IMG/VR virus record: IMGVR_UViG_3300023199_000101
Coordinates: 1-54,088 of that record
Strand: one strand, 5' to 3'
DNA from: a virus
Lineage: Duplodnaviria > Caudoviricetes
DNA length: 54,088 nt
Below are positions 36,873 to 47,241 of the stretch, in pieces. How positions within the stretch are numbered: the stretch's first letter is position 1; each line of letters begins with the position of its first letter. The position numbers and the translations under genes were made by a program. The notes under the pieces were generated by a model. The model was not told the DNA's origin, did not search any database, and saw only the letters and a list, made by a program, of their open reading frames with translations.

Positions 36873-37461
36873 ATTGCAGGAGCGCCGGATGGTGCTGGGA
36901 AAGGATTTTTACGACGCGCTGCGCGCTGACGTGATTGACTATTCTGCAGTGCCCTATTGGCTGGAGGGCCAGGCATACGATACTGGTGACGTGGTGAATT
37001 ACGAGGACCAGGTATTCGCCAGTAAGATTGACAGCAATACGAGCGAACCTACCGTAACGTCGGACTGGGAGCTTGCGTCAAAATTCACGACGGCGGCGAA
37101 TCAAGAGCTATGGGATACTGTGCTATGCAGATACTTGGCGGTTGCGGTGCTAAAAAACTCAATTCCCGGGATCGCTACGCCGGCGAGTGCAAACGGAGTG
37201 GTAAAAGTGGATGGATCCACCTTTGAGCCTGCCCCGGAAACGAGCGTGAAGCGATTGCAGGAATGGCTGGAAGGGCAGTATCGGATTGCCAGAAAGAACC
37301 TGGACGACTTCCTTCAGGAAAATAGCGACGAAGTGGCTTATGCTGGATACCAAGGGTTCCAGGACGATAACGTCTGCGATGATGTGTTTTCCAGCGATGG
37401 CCAGGAAAAAAAGAGTTCTGGGCGCGCCGGCAACAGCACAAACCGGATTCGGGTAGCATGA
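36775..37461 (+). CDS. Head-tail adaptor with inserted carbohydrate-binding-like module
   Basis: VLGKDFYDAL adaptor motif; WLEGQAYDTGDVVNY....F......EP....W insertion. Confidence 0.6.
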   Translation: MQKTLIQEKEVILHSRLNREIAPFNINDIPQVELQERRMVLGKDFYDALRADVIDYSAVPYWLEGQAYDTGDVVNYEDQVFASKIDSNTSEPTVTSDWELASKFTTAANQELWDTVLCRYLAVAVLKNSIPGIATPASANGVVKVDGSTFEPAPETSVKRLQEWLEGQYRIARKNLDDFLQENSDEVAYAGYQGFQDDNVCDDVFSSDGQEKKSSGRAGNSTNRIRVA

Positions 37462-37763
37462 GGAAAGAAATATTTGCCAGCCTGGTGAAAGCCGCCGGAA
37501 CGGTAGTGAGTGATGAACACGGAGAAGCGAGGATCGAACGGTGCAAAACCCTGAACGGTGGTCGCCCATGTCAGTACGCTGGAATAGTGGAGCCGCTGCC
37601 GGCAATGAAAATGGAAGGTTGTACGCTTTGCGGATGCCCGTTTGCGACCAAGCCAAAGATGAAAACAATAGCCGGGAAAACGATAACCTGCCCGCACCCG
37701 GCTGGAAACCAATGGGCAGAGATAGATGAAAAATTCTTAAACAATAAAAGAACGGAACAATGA
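37458..37763 (+). CDS. Small Cys-rich (Zn-binding) phage protein
   Basis: R...C, CTLCGC...K, CP....W pattern. Confidence 0.65.
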   Translation: MRKEIFASLVKAAGTVVSDEHGEARIERCKTLNGGRPCQYAGIVEPLPAMKMEGCTLCGCPFATKPKMKTIAGKTITCPHPAGNQWAEIDEKFLNNKRTEQ

Positions 37764-38488
37764 GTGAAATAACCGTTTTCGGCCCTGGATTGTACCGGGC
37801 CAACCCGGATGCTGAGGACTATAACCTGGCCCGCATCCGAAGTAAAGACACTACTACCGTGATCGGTCAGGATTCTGGCGAATCCGGATCCAGCACTGGC
37901 AACCTGGTGGCTATTGAACATGACGGTGTGAAGTACGACACTGCAGCTACCGTTGCGACCGATACCGACGCTGTGGTTGCTGAGGTGTACCGAGTGCTTA
38001 CTGATGTTGTCGCTAACCCGGAGATCAACCCAATTATCGAGGCAAGCTACGGCGGCGGTAAGCTGACGATTACCCACGTTGGCCAGGGTACGCTGGGCGG
38101 GTTCTACCTCTCTGACATCGGATCTGGTGCTACCAAGCAAGCTACCACCCGCCTGACGGCCAAGAAAGCTGTGTTTACCTATGCCGGAACGGTGGAAGGT
38201 GCTGCCAGCATGACCTACGACGGATCGACTAATGCGCTGGACAATACGCCTTATGCGTACACAGATGGCGGTGCTACGGATGCCGCTACGGCTTCTGACT
38301 TGGAAACCGACTTCGCTGCTGAGCTTACGGCCCTGAGCGTACCTGGCGCCGGAGACGTTACCGTGACTATCGACAACGATGCTGAGGTGTACCGAGTGAC
38401 GTTCACGGCTGACAGTCTGTTGAGCCTGGTAAGCGTAAGCGGCATTGTGTTCAAGCCGACGGGGTGGACGGTTGCCTATACGAGTTAA
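37760..38488 (+). CDS. Structural protein (decoration or tail accessory)
   Basis: Thr/Gly/Asp-rich beta composition; followed by hairpin 38508-38550. Confidence 0.55.
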   Translation: MSEITVFGPGLYRANPDAEDYNLARIRSKDTTTVIGQDSGESGSSTGNLVAIEHDGVKYDTAATVATDTDAVVAEVYRVLTDVVANPEINPIIEASYGGGKLTITHVGQGTLGGFYLSDIGSGATKQATTRLTAKKAVFTYAGTVEGAASMTYDGSTNALDNTPYAYTDGGATDAATASDLETDFAAELTALSVPGAGDVTVTIDNDAEVYRVTFTADSLLSLVSVSGIVFKPTGWTVAYTS

Positions 38489-38568
38489 GGTCAGATTTTC
38501 CCATATAGGAAGGGGGTGCTATCGAGCAATGCCTCCTTCCGCCTTTTTTTGCCTGAAAAACCAAGCGA

Positions 38569-39756
38569 ATGCACTTGCAAAGGAGCATTATTATTGTGGC
38601 GCTTTGTCTTATTGCCCCCGTCTCGGCCTTGCTAGGGCAGGGGGTTTTTTCGTTTGAATGTATCGAAGGCGACACCCTGCTGAATGATCCGTACTGCGAC
38701 TTTTGCACGCCCGGCGTGCCGTATGAAATGTGGGGGCTGAAAGTTACTAGCCCTAGTGGTCGGGTAGCATACATTCTGCATCCGTATTCGGTTGAAGGAT
38801 TCGGAACGTTGTATGTGACTATCCGATACGATGTTAATTCGACGCTATTCTATAACTGGCAGACGCAGACGAGCTTTTCAAGCCAGCAGGAAATGATTGA
38901 TTCAATATCTGGATGCCCAGTGCGTCCTCCCGATGCGGGCGGGGCGCGTATTGACACCTTTCAACTACGTCAGGATAGCCTGTTCATTTCGCTAGAGGAC
39001 GATAACGAGCCAGCATGGCATGTGGTGTTCAGCGACTTTCGGGATTCGAGCGTGTATTCCGGCGCGATCCTATACCGGGAATACTGGAGGGATCTGCAGG
39101 GCGATTCGATTCGTGTTACACTGAATGACGGCCGCCTGCCAGACAGTACGGCTATCGTTGGCGTGTATGTGGAAGGATGGCGCAACCAAGAAGGACCGGG
39201 TAAGGACTATACCGTCACCCCGGATAGTGGCCTGATCGTTTTCGACTACAACCTCCAGTATGAGGATGTCGAAGTGCGCTGGCTGGTGGGATCCGGCCTT
39301 CGATTCTATCGTGAAATCGTGGATTCCGTAAGCGGCGATTCGGTGAACCTTCCGGACTGGCCCCTGGATTGCCCGACCCTGCGCGTTCGAGTGGAGGGCT
39401 GGCAACAGCAGGAAGGGCCGGATCGCGACTACCTGCACCTGCGGGATAGCATCTTTTTCAACTACACCTTGGATAACGAGGACGTGCTGCTGTCCTGGAT
39501 CCTGGACGGAACGATCGTTCACCAAGAGCTTTTCGAGGATGTTTTTGGGGATGTGCTGAGGATCGACAGCCAGGGGCTGCCGGTGCAATGCCCTCACATA
39601 TGGGTGTACGTCGAGGGCTGGCCGCAAAGCAAAAACGACTACTGGATCGACCGAGCGTCGGGTGTGGTACGATTCAACTATGCTCTGGAGAACGAGGACG
39701 TAGAGCTACTATACCAGAACACAGAGGGCGCATCGACATATTCAAAAAGCAATTAA
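38569..39756 (+). CDS. Repeat-domain structural protein
   Basis: Three ~70-aa repeats with V.VEGW.Q..G...DY...FNY.L..EDV; hydrophobic signal-like N-terminus. Confidence 0.7.
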   Translation: MHLQRSIIIVALCLIAPVSALLGQGVFSFECIEGDTLLNDPYCDFCTPGVPYEMWGLKVTSPSGRVAYILHPYSVEGFGTLYVTIRYDVNSTLFYNWQTQTSFSSQQEMIDSISGCPVRPPDAGGARIDTFQLRQDSLFISLEDDNEPAWHVVFSDFRDSSVYSGAILYREYWRDLQGDSIRVTLNDGRLPDSTAIVGVYVEGWRNQEGPGKDYTVTPDSGLIVFDYNLQYEDVEVRWLVGSGLRFYREIVDSVSGDSVNLPDWPLDCPTLRVRVEGWQQQEGPDRDYLHLRDSIFFNYTLDNEDVLLSWILDGTIVHQELFEDVFGDVLRIDSQGLPVQCPHIWVYVEGWPQSKNDYWIDRASGVVRFNYALENEDVELLYQNTEGASTYSKSN

Positions 39757-39766
39757 ACGTTAAGAA

Positions 39767-42700
39767 ATGAAAGCGTTGTGGAGGATTGCAGTTTTTCTTT
39801 TGATCGCCGACTGCCTTTTTGGGCAAACCGGCCCGGCAACCCGACCCTTGGTGCGCAGACTGGAGCAAGCGCCCAAAGAGGGATCGATTATCGTATCTGA
39901 TTCAAACCGAGACGGGCAATGGGATTCGACGCTGATCTGGACCGGCGTGTACCTGATCGCTAACGGTGATACCCTGGGTATAGGATCCGGTGGGGGCGTT
40001 CCGCAAAGCCTGACATTCACCAGTCCGACTCTTTCTATTTCGGGCGGCAATAGCGTGGATCTTTCTGCATTGCTCGATAATACCGATGACCAAGTGCTAA
40101 GCCTAACGGGCGACGTGCTGAGCCTGGAGGACGGCGGCTCCGTAAACCTTTCTTCCTACTTAGATAATACCGATACGCAAGACCTTAGTTTAGCCGGGAA
40201 TACACTTTCCCTTACAGACGGAGGGAGTGTAGACTTGTCGGCATTCTTGGATAACACAGATTCGCAAACGCTGAGCCTGGCCGGTACGGTGCTTTCTATT
40301 TCGGGCGGCAATAATGTGGATTTTGCTTCCTTGGTAGCTCCTCAAAATCTGACATTCGATATATCTACTGGCAATCTTTCGATATCAGGAGGTAATACTG
40401 TAACTATTCCCGAAATGGTTGGTGCTAGTTCGGTAGCTGCAGGCGAGCAGGGCCTAGTTCCTGTTCCACTGGCCGGGGACGAGGAAAAGTTTTTGCGCGG
40501 CGATGGTTCATGGTCAGACGTAGCTGGCAATCAGACTATAAGCATAACCGGAACGGATTTATCGATCAGTCAGGGCAACTCGGTGGCCTTAGCCGAGGTG
40601 CTGGCTCTGAATGACCTATCGAACGTAAATGCCAGTCCGGCAAACGGGCAGGTTTTGAGCTGGAATGGAAGCCAGTGGGTAGCTGCTGACGATGCTACCG
40701 GTGCGCCCGGAACCTCTGATGGGGTGGTCGATGGGGTAAGCATTAGCAATGATTCCTTGGTGCTAACTAGGACGGAAAGCCTGGGGGATTTGCGGGTTGA
40801 CTTGGACCCGTTCCTGGACAATACCGACGAACAGACACTGAGCCTGGCTGGTACTGATCTTTCTGTTTCGGGAGGGAATACCGTAGACCTGTCCGGCCTG
40901 CAGGATGGCACCGGTACAGACGACCAGCAGCTGACATTAACCGGGAATACTCTTTCCCTGGAGGACGGCGGCCCCGATATTGATTTAAGCGGCTATATCG
41001 ATAATACCGACAACCAAGGTTTTGACATTGCGAGCCTAAATGGTACGGACTTGGAATTGAGCCTCGACAACGACGCGGCTACAACGATCATTGACCTTTC
41101 CAGCTTGCAGGATGGCACCGGTACGGACGATCAACAGCTTTCGCTGGCTGGAAACAGTTTGTCGCTGGAAGACGGCGGGAGCGTTAGTTTGGCTTCGTAC
41201 CTGGACAATACGGACGAGCAGACGCTGAGCTTCACCAGCCCAAATCTATCTGTTTCAGGTGGCAACACGGTAGATCTATCTGCCTTGCAGGACGGCACCG
41301 GCACGGACGATCAAGCGCTGAGCTTGGCAGGTACGACGGTATCCTTGGAGGATGGCGGAAGTGTGGATCTGACCGAGGTGTTGGCTCTGAATGACCTATC
41401 GAACGTTAATTCCAGCCCTACGAATGGACAGGTGCTTTCGTGGAACGGTTCAGCCTGGGTAGCGGCTGACGATGCTACCGGTGCGCCTGGAACGTCGGAT
41501 GGGGTGGTCGATGGGGTAAGCATTAGCAATGATTCCTTGGTGCTAACTAGGACGGAAAGCCTGGGGGATTTGCGGGTTGACTTGGACCCGTTCCTGGACA
41601 ATACCGACGAACAGCAGCTTTCCTTGACTGGCAACAGCTTAACTCTGGAGGACGGAGGGAGCGCTATTGACCTGTCCGGCTACCTGGATAATACCGATGC
41701 GCAGACGCTGAGCCTGGTAAGTACGAATCTGACTATATCGAATGGCAACACGGTGGACCTGTCTGCCTTGCAGGATGGAATCGGTACGGATGACCAGACG
41801 CTGAGTTTCACATCACCGAACCTGTCGATATCAGGGGGTAACTCGGTTAACCTGTCTGCCTTGCTGGATAATACAGACGACCAGACTATTGATGTTTTTT
41901 TGCTGTCTGGTGACGACTTGCAACTTTCCCTGGAGGGCGATGGAGAAGCTACGAAAACGGTGGACCTGAGCGGCTACCTGGATAATACCGATACCCAGGA
42001 TCTTTCGCTGGCCGGCAACACACTGAGCCTGACCGATGGCGGAAGTGTGGACCTGTCGCTGTACCTGGATGACACCGACGACCAGACGCTGAGTTTCACT
42101 AGCCCGAACCTGTCTATTTCGGGGGGTAATAGCGTGAATCTGTCCGCCCTGAACACGGAGCGCACCGATGAGGAAATCGAGGATGTGGCCGGCGCCATGT
42201 TTTCGGGCAATGCGGAAACGCTCATAACGGCAACATACCAAGATGTTGACGGAACTATTGACCTAGAGGTGAACGACGACCTGAGCTTGTACGATAACTC
42301 AACTTCGGGATTCGTAGATGGCACAGAACTTGCCGACACGGCAGCCGCTATTCGAGCAGACTTTCCTACAACCGCAGACGGCGTTGCGTCTTCCGGGTCG
42401 CTTGATACATTGAGTGAGGAAATTGACATTGTGGTCACCGATGCCCCAGATTTTTCGATTGACCTTTCGAAAATTGACGTTTTGCCTTCGTTTTTAAGCT
42501 GGGATAAGGATGTTGCAAATGAGGGTAGACTTTCCACAGCTAATCTTTTCGGCGATGGTGCGATTACCAGCAACACTCAGGGAGCACTCGCAATCAAATT
42601 TCCTGCCGGCTTCGGGCTGAACACTATGGTTACGAGCGCGTCAAATGGCGGCGAAATTGAGTTTGAGGTCGATACTTCAGAGGTAGCTACGCTGAGTGCT

Positions 42701-44215
42701 TTGACAGATAGTCTTTCTAATATTGGCTCCACCACTGTCAGCGAGGGCGACCTGATCGACATCGTGAACGTGGGCGATGATTATCAGGTGGATGTGGATT
42801 TGAGTGAGTTGACAAATTCCGCGGCAGATATAATAGACGATGATGAGTTCATTTTTCTCGACAACGGCAATCAGCAGAAGATGCGATCGGATTCGTTCGC
42901 ATGGAACTATCTCACGGAGGTGATAAGTACATCAGAATCGGGAAGCTTTTTTAAAGAATTCAATAATTCTGTTTTTGCAACTAATATTGTGTCCTTGACT
43001 GGGAGCGCTACAACTCACGACGCATTAGTTTCAATGGGTCGAGGCCAACATGCTATCGGCATTCGCTTCATCATCACAAATGACGGGAGCGCCGACAAGA
43101 CGGTAGATTTCGGTACGCTATACCATTGGGCAGGCACGACCAACGACGTGGAACTCGAAGTAGATGTCGGCGATACGGAGGTAATTGAGTGCTACCGGCT
43201 GACACCTACTGGAAGTGTATTCGAGTGCGTCTACCTGAACGACACGATACCCACAGGCGGAGGTGGCTCCGACGATTGGGGTACGCAAGTCGTTCAATCG
43301 GATGCAACCCTGATAGGCGATGGCACGAGCGGCAATGAGTTGAAGGTCGATACTTCAGAGGTAGCTACGCTGAGTGCGCTAAATGACAGCATTGCGGGCT
43401 TATCAACTACGGATACCCATCTTTTCAGCGAGAACAAGACCCTTTCGGCTAATCGCTCGCATTCCCTTGGCGCCAATCGTCTAGGCTTCACGCTTGCGAA
43501 CGGCGAGTTCGATGTTACAATGCAGACAGGAGCCTCCTCAATCGCTCTTGGCGGTGAGGGAGTATCGGAAACAAGGATTGGCTCCACATCTATCTGGGGT
43601 GACAGCATTATGATTTCGGCCAATGAGCTTCACTTGCAGGGTTTCGACTCTATCGTGGTTTCGGAGAGTAAAATGAAGTATGATGCGTCTGCTCCAACTA
43701 GTTTCTCAGGCACCGATATTCCGAGCGTAGACTGGATAGAAGCGAATATACCAGGTACGGATGCAGTGGGAATCAACGAGTTAGACATTAGTCTTACTGA
43801 CCTTGATCTCGAACAAGATGAATTTTTCTTACTTCGCGATGGCAGTAATCTTGAAGAAGTGAGCTTCGACAATCTTGTAGACAAGGAAATACAGGCGCTC
43901 CCCTTCACGACCACGACTTCTGGGAACTTCAGCATTATTATCACCGAGTCTGTTTTTGGGGTAGTGAGGGTCAATCTTACCGGCGGGGCGACCACCCATA
44001 CGGTCACTATGTCTACCAGTTTTGTGCGGACAGGCGCGCAGTGGACAATACATATTAGAAACACGGGAACTGGAACGCACACGGTAGATTTCCCCAGCAC
44101 TGTGCTGAAGGGTGATGCTACTACACAAGTCGGTAATATCGGCATTGACGCTGGTGATTTCATATTTATTCCGATGTATTATGACGGAACGAACTTCATC
44201 ACTAATCTGAACTAA
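39767..44215 (+). CDS. Long repetitive tail fibre / adhesin
   Basis: Many DNTDxQxLSLxGxxLSxxGGxSVDLS repeats; two related C-terminal beta domains. Confidence 0.8.
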   Translation: MKALWRIAVFLLIADCLFGQTGPATRPLVRRLEQAPKEGSIIVSDSNRDGQWDSTLIWTGVYLIANGDTLGIGSGGGVPQSLTFTSPTLSISGGNSVDLSALLDNTDDQVLSLTGDVLSLEDGGSVNLSSYLDNTDTQDLSLAGNTLSLTDGGSVDLSAFLDNTDSQTLSLAGTVLSISGGNNVDFASLVAPQNLTFDISTGNLSISGGNTVTIPEMVGASSVAAGEQGLVPVPLAGDEEKFLRGDGSWSDVAGNQTISITGTDLSISQGNSVALAEVLALNDLSNVNASPANGQVLSWNGSQWVAADDATGAPGTSDGVVDGVSISNDSLVLTRTESLGDLRVDLDPFLDNTDEQTLSLAGTDLSVSGGNTVDLSGLQDGTGTDDQQLTLTGNTLSLEDGGPDIDLSGYIDNTDNQGFDIASLNGTDLELSLDNDAATTIIDLSSLQDGTGTDDQQLSLAGNSLSLEDGGSVSLASYLDNTDEQTLSFTSPNLSVSGGNTVDLSALQDGTGTDDQALSLAGTTVSLEDGGSVDLTEVLALNDLSNVNSSPTNGQVLSWNGSAWVAADDATGAPGTSDGVVDGVSISNDSLVLTRTESLGDLRVDLDPFLDNTDEQQLSLTGNSLTLEDGGSAIDLSGYLDNTDAQTLSLVSTNLTISNGNTVDLSALQDGIGTDDQTLSFTSPNLSISGGNSVNLSALLDNTDDQTIDVFLLSGDDLQLSLEGDGEATKTVDLSGYLDNTDTQDLSLAGNTLSLTDGGSVDLSLYLDDTDDQTLSFTSPNLSISGGNSVNLSALNTERTDEEIEDVAGAMFSGNAETLITATYQDVDGTIDLEVNDDLSLYDNSTSGFVDGTELADTAAAIRADFPTTADGVASSGSLDTLSEEIDIVVTDAPDFSIDLSKIDVLPSFLSWDKDVANEGRLSTANLFGDGAITSNTQGALAIKFPAGFGLNTMVTSASNGGEIEFEVDTSEVATLSALTDSLSNIGSTTVSEGDLIDIVNVGDDYQVDVDLSELTNSAADIIDDDEFIFLDNGNQQKMRSDSFAWNYLTEVISTSESGSFFKEFNNSVFATNIVSLTGSATTHDALVSMGRGQHAIGIRFIITNDGSADKTVDFGTLYHWAGTTNDVELEVDVGDTEVIECYRLTPTGSVFECVYLNDTIPTGGGGSDDWGTQVVQSDATLIGDGTSGNELKVDTSEVATLSALNDSIAGLSTTDTHLFSENKTLSANRSHSLGANRLGFTLANGEFDVTMQTGASSIALGGEGVSETRIGSTSIWGDSIMISANELHLQGFDSIVVSESKMKYDASAPTSFSGTDIPSVDWIEANIPGTDAVGINELDISLTDLDLEQDEFFLLRDGSNLEEVSFDNLVDKEIQALPFTTTTSGNFSIIITESVFGVVRVNLTGGATTHTVTMSTSFVRTGAQWTIHIRNTGTGTHTVDFPSTVLKGDATTQVGNIGIDAGDFIFIPMYYDGTNFITNLN

Positions 44216-45078
44216 TGCGCACACTTGTCGTCATATTGCTTTTTCCGATGTTTCTGGCCGCACAGCCGGGGGCATTCTATTTTGGACAGGCTGAGGAAGA
44301 CACTACGACGTACCACCCTACGCTCGAAGCTGTATTAGATCGTGCAGACTTAGAAGGGTATGCAACGCCGACAAGCTCGCAGTTGCTTGTTCTTGACAGC
44401 ATGTGTCGAAACCCAGCTTTTGCAGCGGTTCTTGACAGCGCAGATTTTGTCTTTGTCTTCTGGCATGGCTTGGACAGCCTGGCGAAAATCAACTGGGCGC
44501 AACCCGACAGTGCACTGGCTGTGAATCAGGATATTGAATACACTACGAGTCGAGGCGCTAAGGCAGTCCAATTCGCTTTATCTCCTGCCTTCCTGACGAA
44601 CTGGAAAATGACAGCCAACATGGAGTTGGCTGACGCAAACAACATAGGAATGTTCGCATATGTGGACACAGTTTCGGATGTGACGGCCAGCTCGTACGGC
44701 CTAATGGGGGTTGACGATTCCAGCGCTTCAGAGGACTTCTGGATGCGCAACGAGCCTTCCGGTTCTTATTTTCGATTTCGCATCGGCCGTAACTCTTTCA
44801 CCTCTTACACTAATGACGAGGGGCTGATTGCAATGGCCAGAACACCCACCACAGGCACCCAGGTGGATACATACTATAAGGGTACTACCGGAGCTAACTC
44901 TAACAACACGCGCACCATGTCCAACACGGCGGAAGAGTTTTACGTCCTGGCTGTCAATGGCTCGGCGGGAACTTGGTTCGACGGCTATGTTCTGTTCGCA
45001 GGTCTGGGCGCAGGGAAAACCGTGTACGATAATTTTGCAGGCTTGGATGCGCTTGGTGACTGGATGTTGACGCAATGA
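44215..45078 (+). CDS. Fibre-associated / receptor-binding-like protein
   Basis: Coupled to the fibre gene; beta-rich; signal-like N-terminus. Confidence 0.55.
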   Translation: MRTLVVILLFPMFLAAQPGAFYFGQAEEDTTTYHPTLEAVLDRADLEGYATPTSSQLLVLDSMCRNPAFAAVLDSADFVFVFWHGLDSLAKINWAQPDSALAVNQDIEYTTSRGAKAVQFALSPAFLTNWKMTANMELADANNIGMFAYVDTVSDVTASSYGLMGVDDSSASEDFWMRNEPSGSYFRFRIGRNSFTSYTNDEGLIAMARTPTTGTQVDTYYKGTTGANSNNTRTMSNTAEEFYVLAVNGSAGTWFDGYVLFAGLGAGKTVYDNFAGLDALGDWMLTQ

Positions 45079-45175
45079 AATTCGAATTGATACGCCCTGA
45101 GATGGACTCGACCAGTGTACTCCGAAATGCCGTCTTGGTTTTCCTGAGCTTCTGTACTAGACAAGGGTATCGATT

Positions 45176-46429
45176 ATGTTAAAAGAAAAGGGAAAGTATT
45201 TTCGGCCTAAAATTCCTAAAAGGAATAAAAGGAGTGCTATTCAGGCACTTAACATGATCAGAAAAATGGGATGGGATGAGGCCCTTGCTCGGCTAAGCGA
45301 TTACCAGGATCCTGCTATCGAGAAGCGCCACGGCGACGATGGTGGCCTGACCTATACCGCCATCGGAGACCGGCCCATATCAACGGAAGCGGAGGCCGTG
45401 GAGTTCTTTCAAGTAGATACGGAACGCTGGGAGGTCAAAGCTATTCGGCACAATTCATGGGATGTTTCCATGAAAATGGGTAACGCTAAGGACGGGTTTT
45501 GTACTGAGAAGCGGACCAACTATCAGACGCGGCTGGACCTAGCGCCGAGGACAGAATCGATTATCGAACAACTGGATGGACTGAAGGCTGAAATACCAAG
45601 GCTGCCGGCAGTGAAAAAGCGCGGCCCGGATGTCAATAATGGCGTTTTACTTGAGCTAATGATAACGGACCTACACATCGGGAAGGTAGGCTTCGACCCG
45701 CATACCCTCGAATTCAACTGGTCGCCAGAGGAAGCCCTGCGGATATACGCGGATTGCGTTTCCTACCTGCTGGAGCAGGTGGATGAACCGATCGAAAAGA
45801 TCGTCATCCCTACTGGCAACGACTTACTGCATATCAACAGTGACCAGAACACGACCAAGAAGGGAACGCAAATGCACACTGGTGATATGTTCGGCAGGCT
45901 GTTTGTGCGAACCAGGGAGACAATCTGCGCTATTGTGGATGAAATGCAGGAGAAAGCGCCGGTCGAGATTGTCATGGTGCCTGGAAATCACGATGCGGAT
46001 GCTGTATTTTCATTGGGCGATAGTCTGAGTGTTCGTTACGAGAACAGTACCCGCGTGAGTGTAAATAACGACCCGATCCGAAGGAAGTATGTGCGCTTCG
46101 GTAAAAGCCTGATCGGATATGACCACGGCGACAAGGCAAAGGTATCTGACCTATTCCATGCCCCTGGGCAGGATCGGCCCCTGGACTTTGGCGAGACGGA
46201 GTACCGGTACATGCACATCGGACACCTGCATAAGAACGCCGTGTACCCGAAGTTTTGGAAGGAAGAAAAGTTCGGCGTTGAGGTTGAGATTTGCCCTAGC
46301 CTTAGCCCAATAGATCAATGGCACTATGAGAAGCTTTTTGTAGGCAACGTGCGTCGAACCAAAGCCTTCGTGTACGACCGCGATAAAGGAAAGATTTCCG
46401 AGCATTATTTTAACCTGGAGGAACGATGA
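45176..46429 (+). CDS. Calcineurin-like metallophosphoesterase
   Basis: DLHIG, GND, PGNHD, HGD, GHLH motifs. Confidence 0.88.
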   Translation: MLKEKGKYFRPKIPKRNKRSAIQALNMIRKMGWDEALARLSDYQDPAIEKRHGDDGGLTYTAIGDRPISTEAEAVEFFQVDTERWEVKAIRHNSWDVSMKMGNAKDGFCTEKRTNYQTRLDLAPRTESIIEQLDGLKAEIPRLPAVKKRGPDVNNGVLLELMITDLHIGKVGFDPHTLEFNWSPEEALRIYADCVSYLLEQVDEPIEKIVIPTGNDLLHINSDQNTTKKGTQMHTGDMFGRLFVRTRETICAIVDEMQEKAPVEIVMVPGNHDADAVFSLGDSLSVRYENSTRVSVNNDPIRRKYVRFGKSLIGYDHGDKAKVSDLFHAPGQDRPLDFGETEYRYMHIGHLHKNAVYPKFWKEEKFGVEVEICPSLSPIDQWHYEKLFVGNVRRTKAFVYDRDKGKISEHYFNLEER

Positions 46430-46740
46430 GCGAAGGGAAAAAGGGCATGGATTTCATCACTGGACCTAGGGCGAAGGTAGCCCCGCGAGTGCTCGAAATC
46501 ATAGAGGAAAGCGAACATTCAGCCCTGGTTATTTCAGATCGCCGGCTAATCAAACTCGCTGTCATGTCTGAATATATGCTATTTACGCTGGACGATATAT
46601 ACGAGGCTATTCGATGGCGATGGAAGTGGCCGAAGGACGATTGGCCCCCTGAGGTTCAGGAAAAGTGGGAAGCCATATACGAGCAGTTCCACGAACTGTT
46701 GCGGGATGGCGGGATAAGCGTGGACGACCTGAAAGAGTAA
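46426..46740 (+). CDS. Hypothetical protein
   Basis: ATGA overlap with the previous gene. Confidence 0.65.
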   Translation: MSEGKKGMDFITGPRAKVAPRVLEIIEESEHSALVISDRRLIKLAVMSEYMLFTLDDIYEAIRWRWKWPKDDWPPEVQEKWEAIYEQFHELLRDGGISVDDLKE

Positions 46741-46772
46741 TTTTTTTTTTCAAACCTCAAATTGGACCAGTT

Positions 46773-47180
46773 ATGAGTATTTTCAAATCTTTTGTGGAAA
46801 ACGATCCGAATGCGGCGGAGAAATTCGCTTCGGCCGTGGGCCGAGTGCTGTCTGCTGCTGTGGATATTGACTCCAACGATGACGGCAAAATAGATGGTGG
46901 CGAGTGGGCCAGCTTCGGTGTGCTGTTGCTGATGCAGGCCAGCCAGAACTTCAACGGATGGAAGGCCTTCCTGAATGCTTGGACCGTGAAGGAACAGCGC
47001 ATCATGATTGTGGAAGCCCTCGCCGTTGAGTTCGACATCGAAAACGATGAAGTGGAAGCCCTGATTGAGCGCACCATTTTCGTCGCGAACGACAACGTAG
47101 ATCTCGCCGAGGACTGGGTGAAGTTCTTCAACAAAGCCAAAAAGGTGAAAGTTGAGGAAGCCCGCGAACTGATGCCGTAG
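46773..47180 (+). CDS. Hypothetical protein with EF-hand-like loop
   Basis: DSNDDGKIDGGE fits D-x-N-x-D-G-x-I-x-x-x-E. Confidence 0.65.
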   Translation: MSIFKSFVENDPNAAEKFASAVGRVLSAAVDIDSNDDGKIDGGEWASFGVLLLMQASQNFNGWKAFLNAWTVKEQRIMIVEALAVEFDIENDEVEALIERTIFVANDNVDLAEDWVKFFNKAKKVKVEEARELMP

Positions 47181-47205
47181 GCACGATACACTCCTGTCTT
47201 GGTTT

Positions 47206-47241
47206 GCCCCCTGCGATCCTGGTGGTCCGGGGGGCTTTTTA
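47206..47241. terminator. Terminator between convergent genes
   Basis: GCCCCC...GGGGGC followed by TTTTT. Confidence 0.6.
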
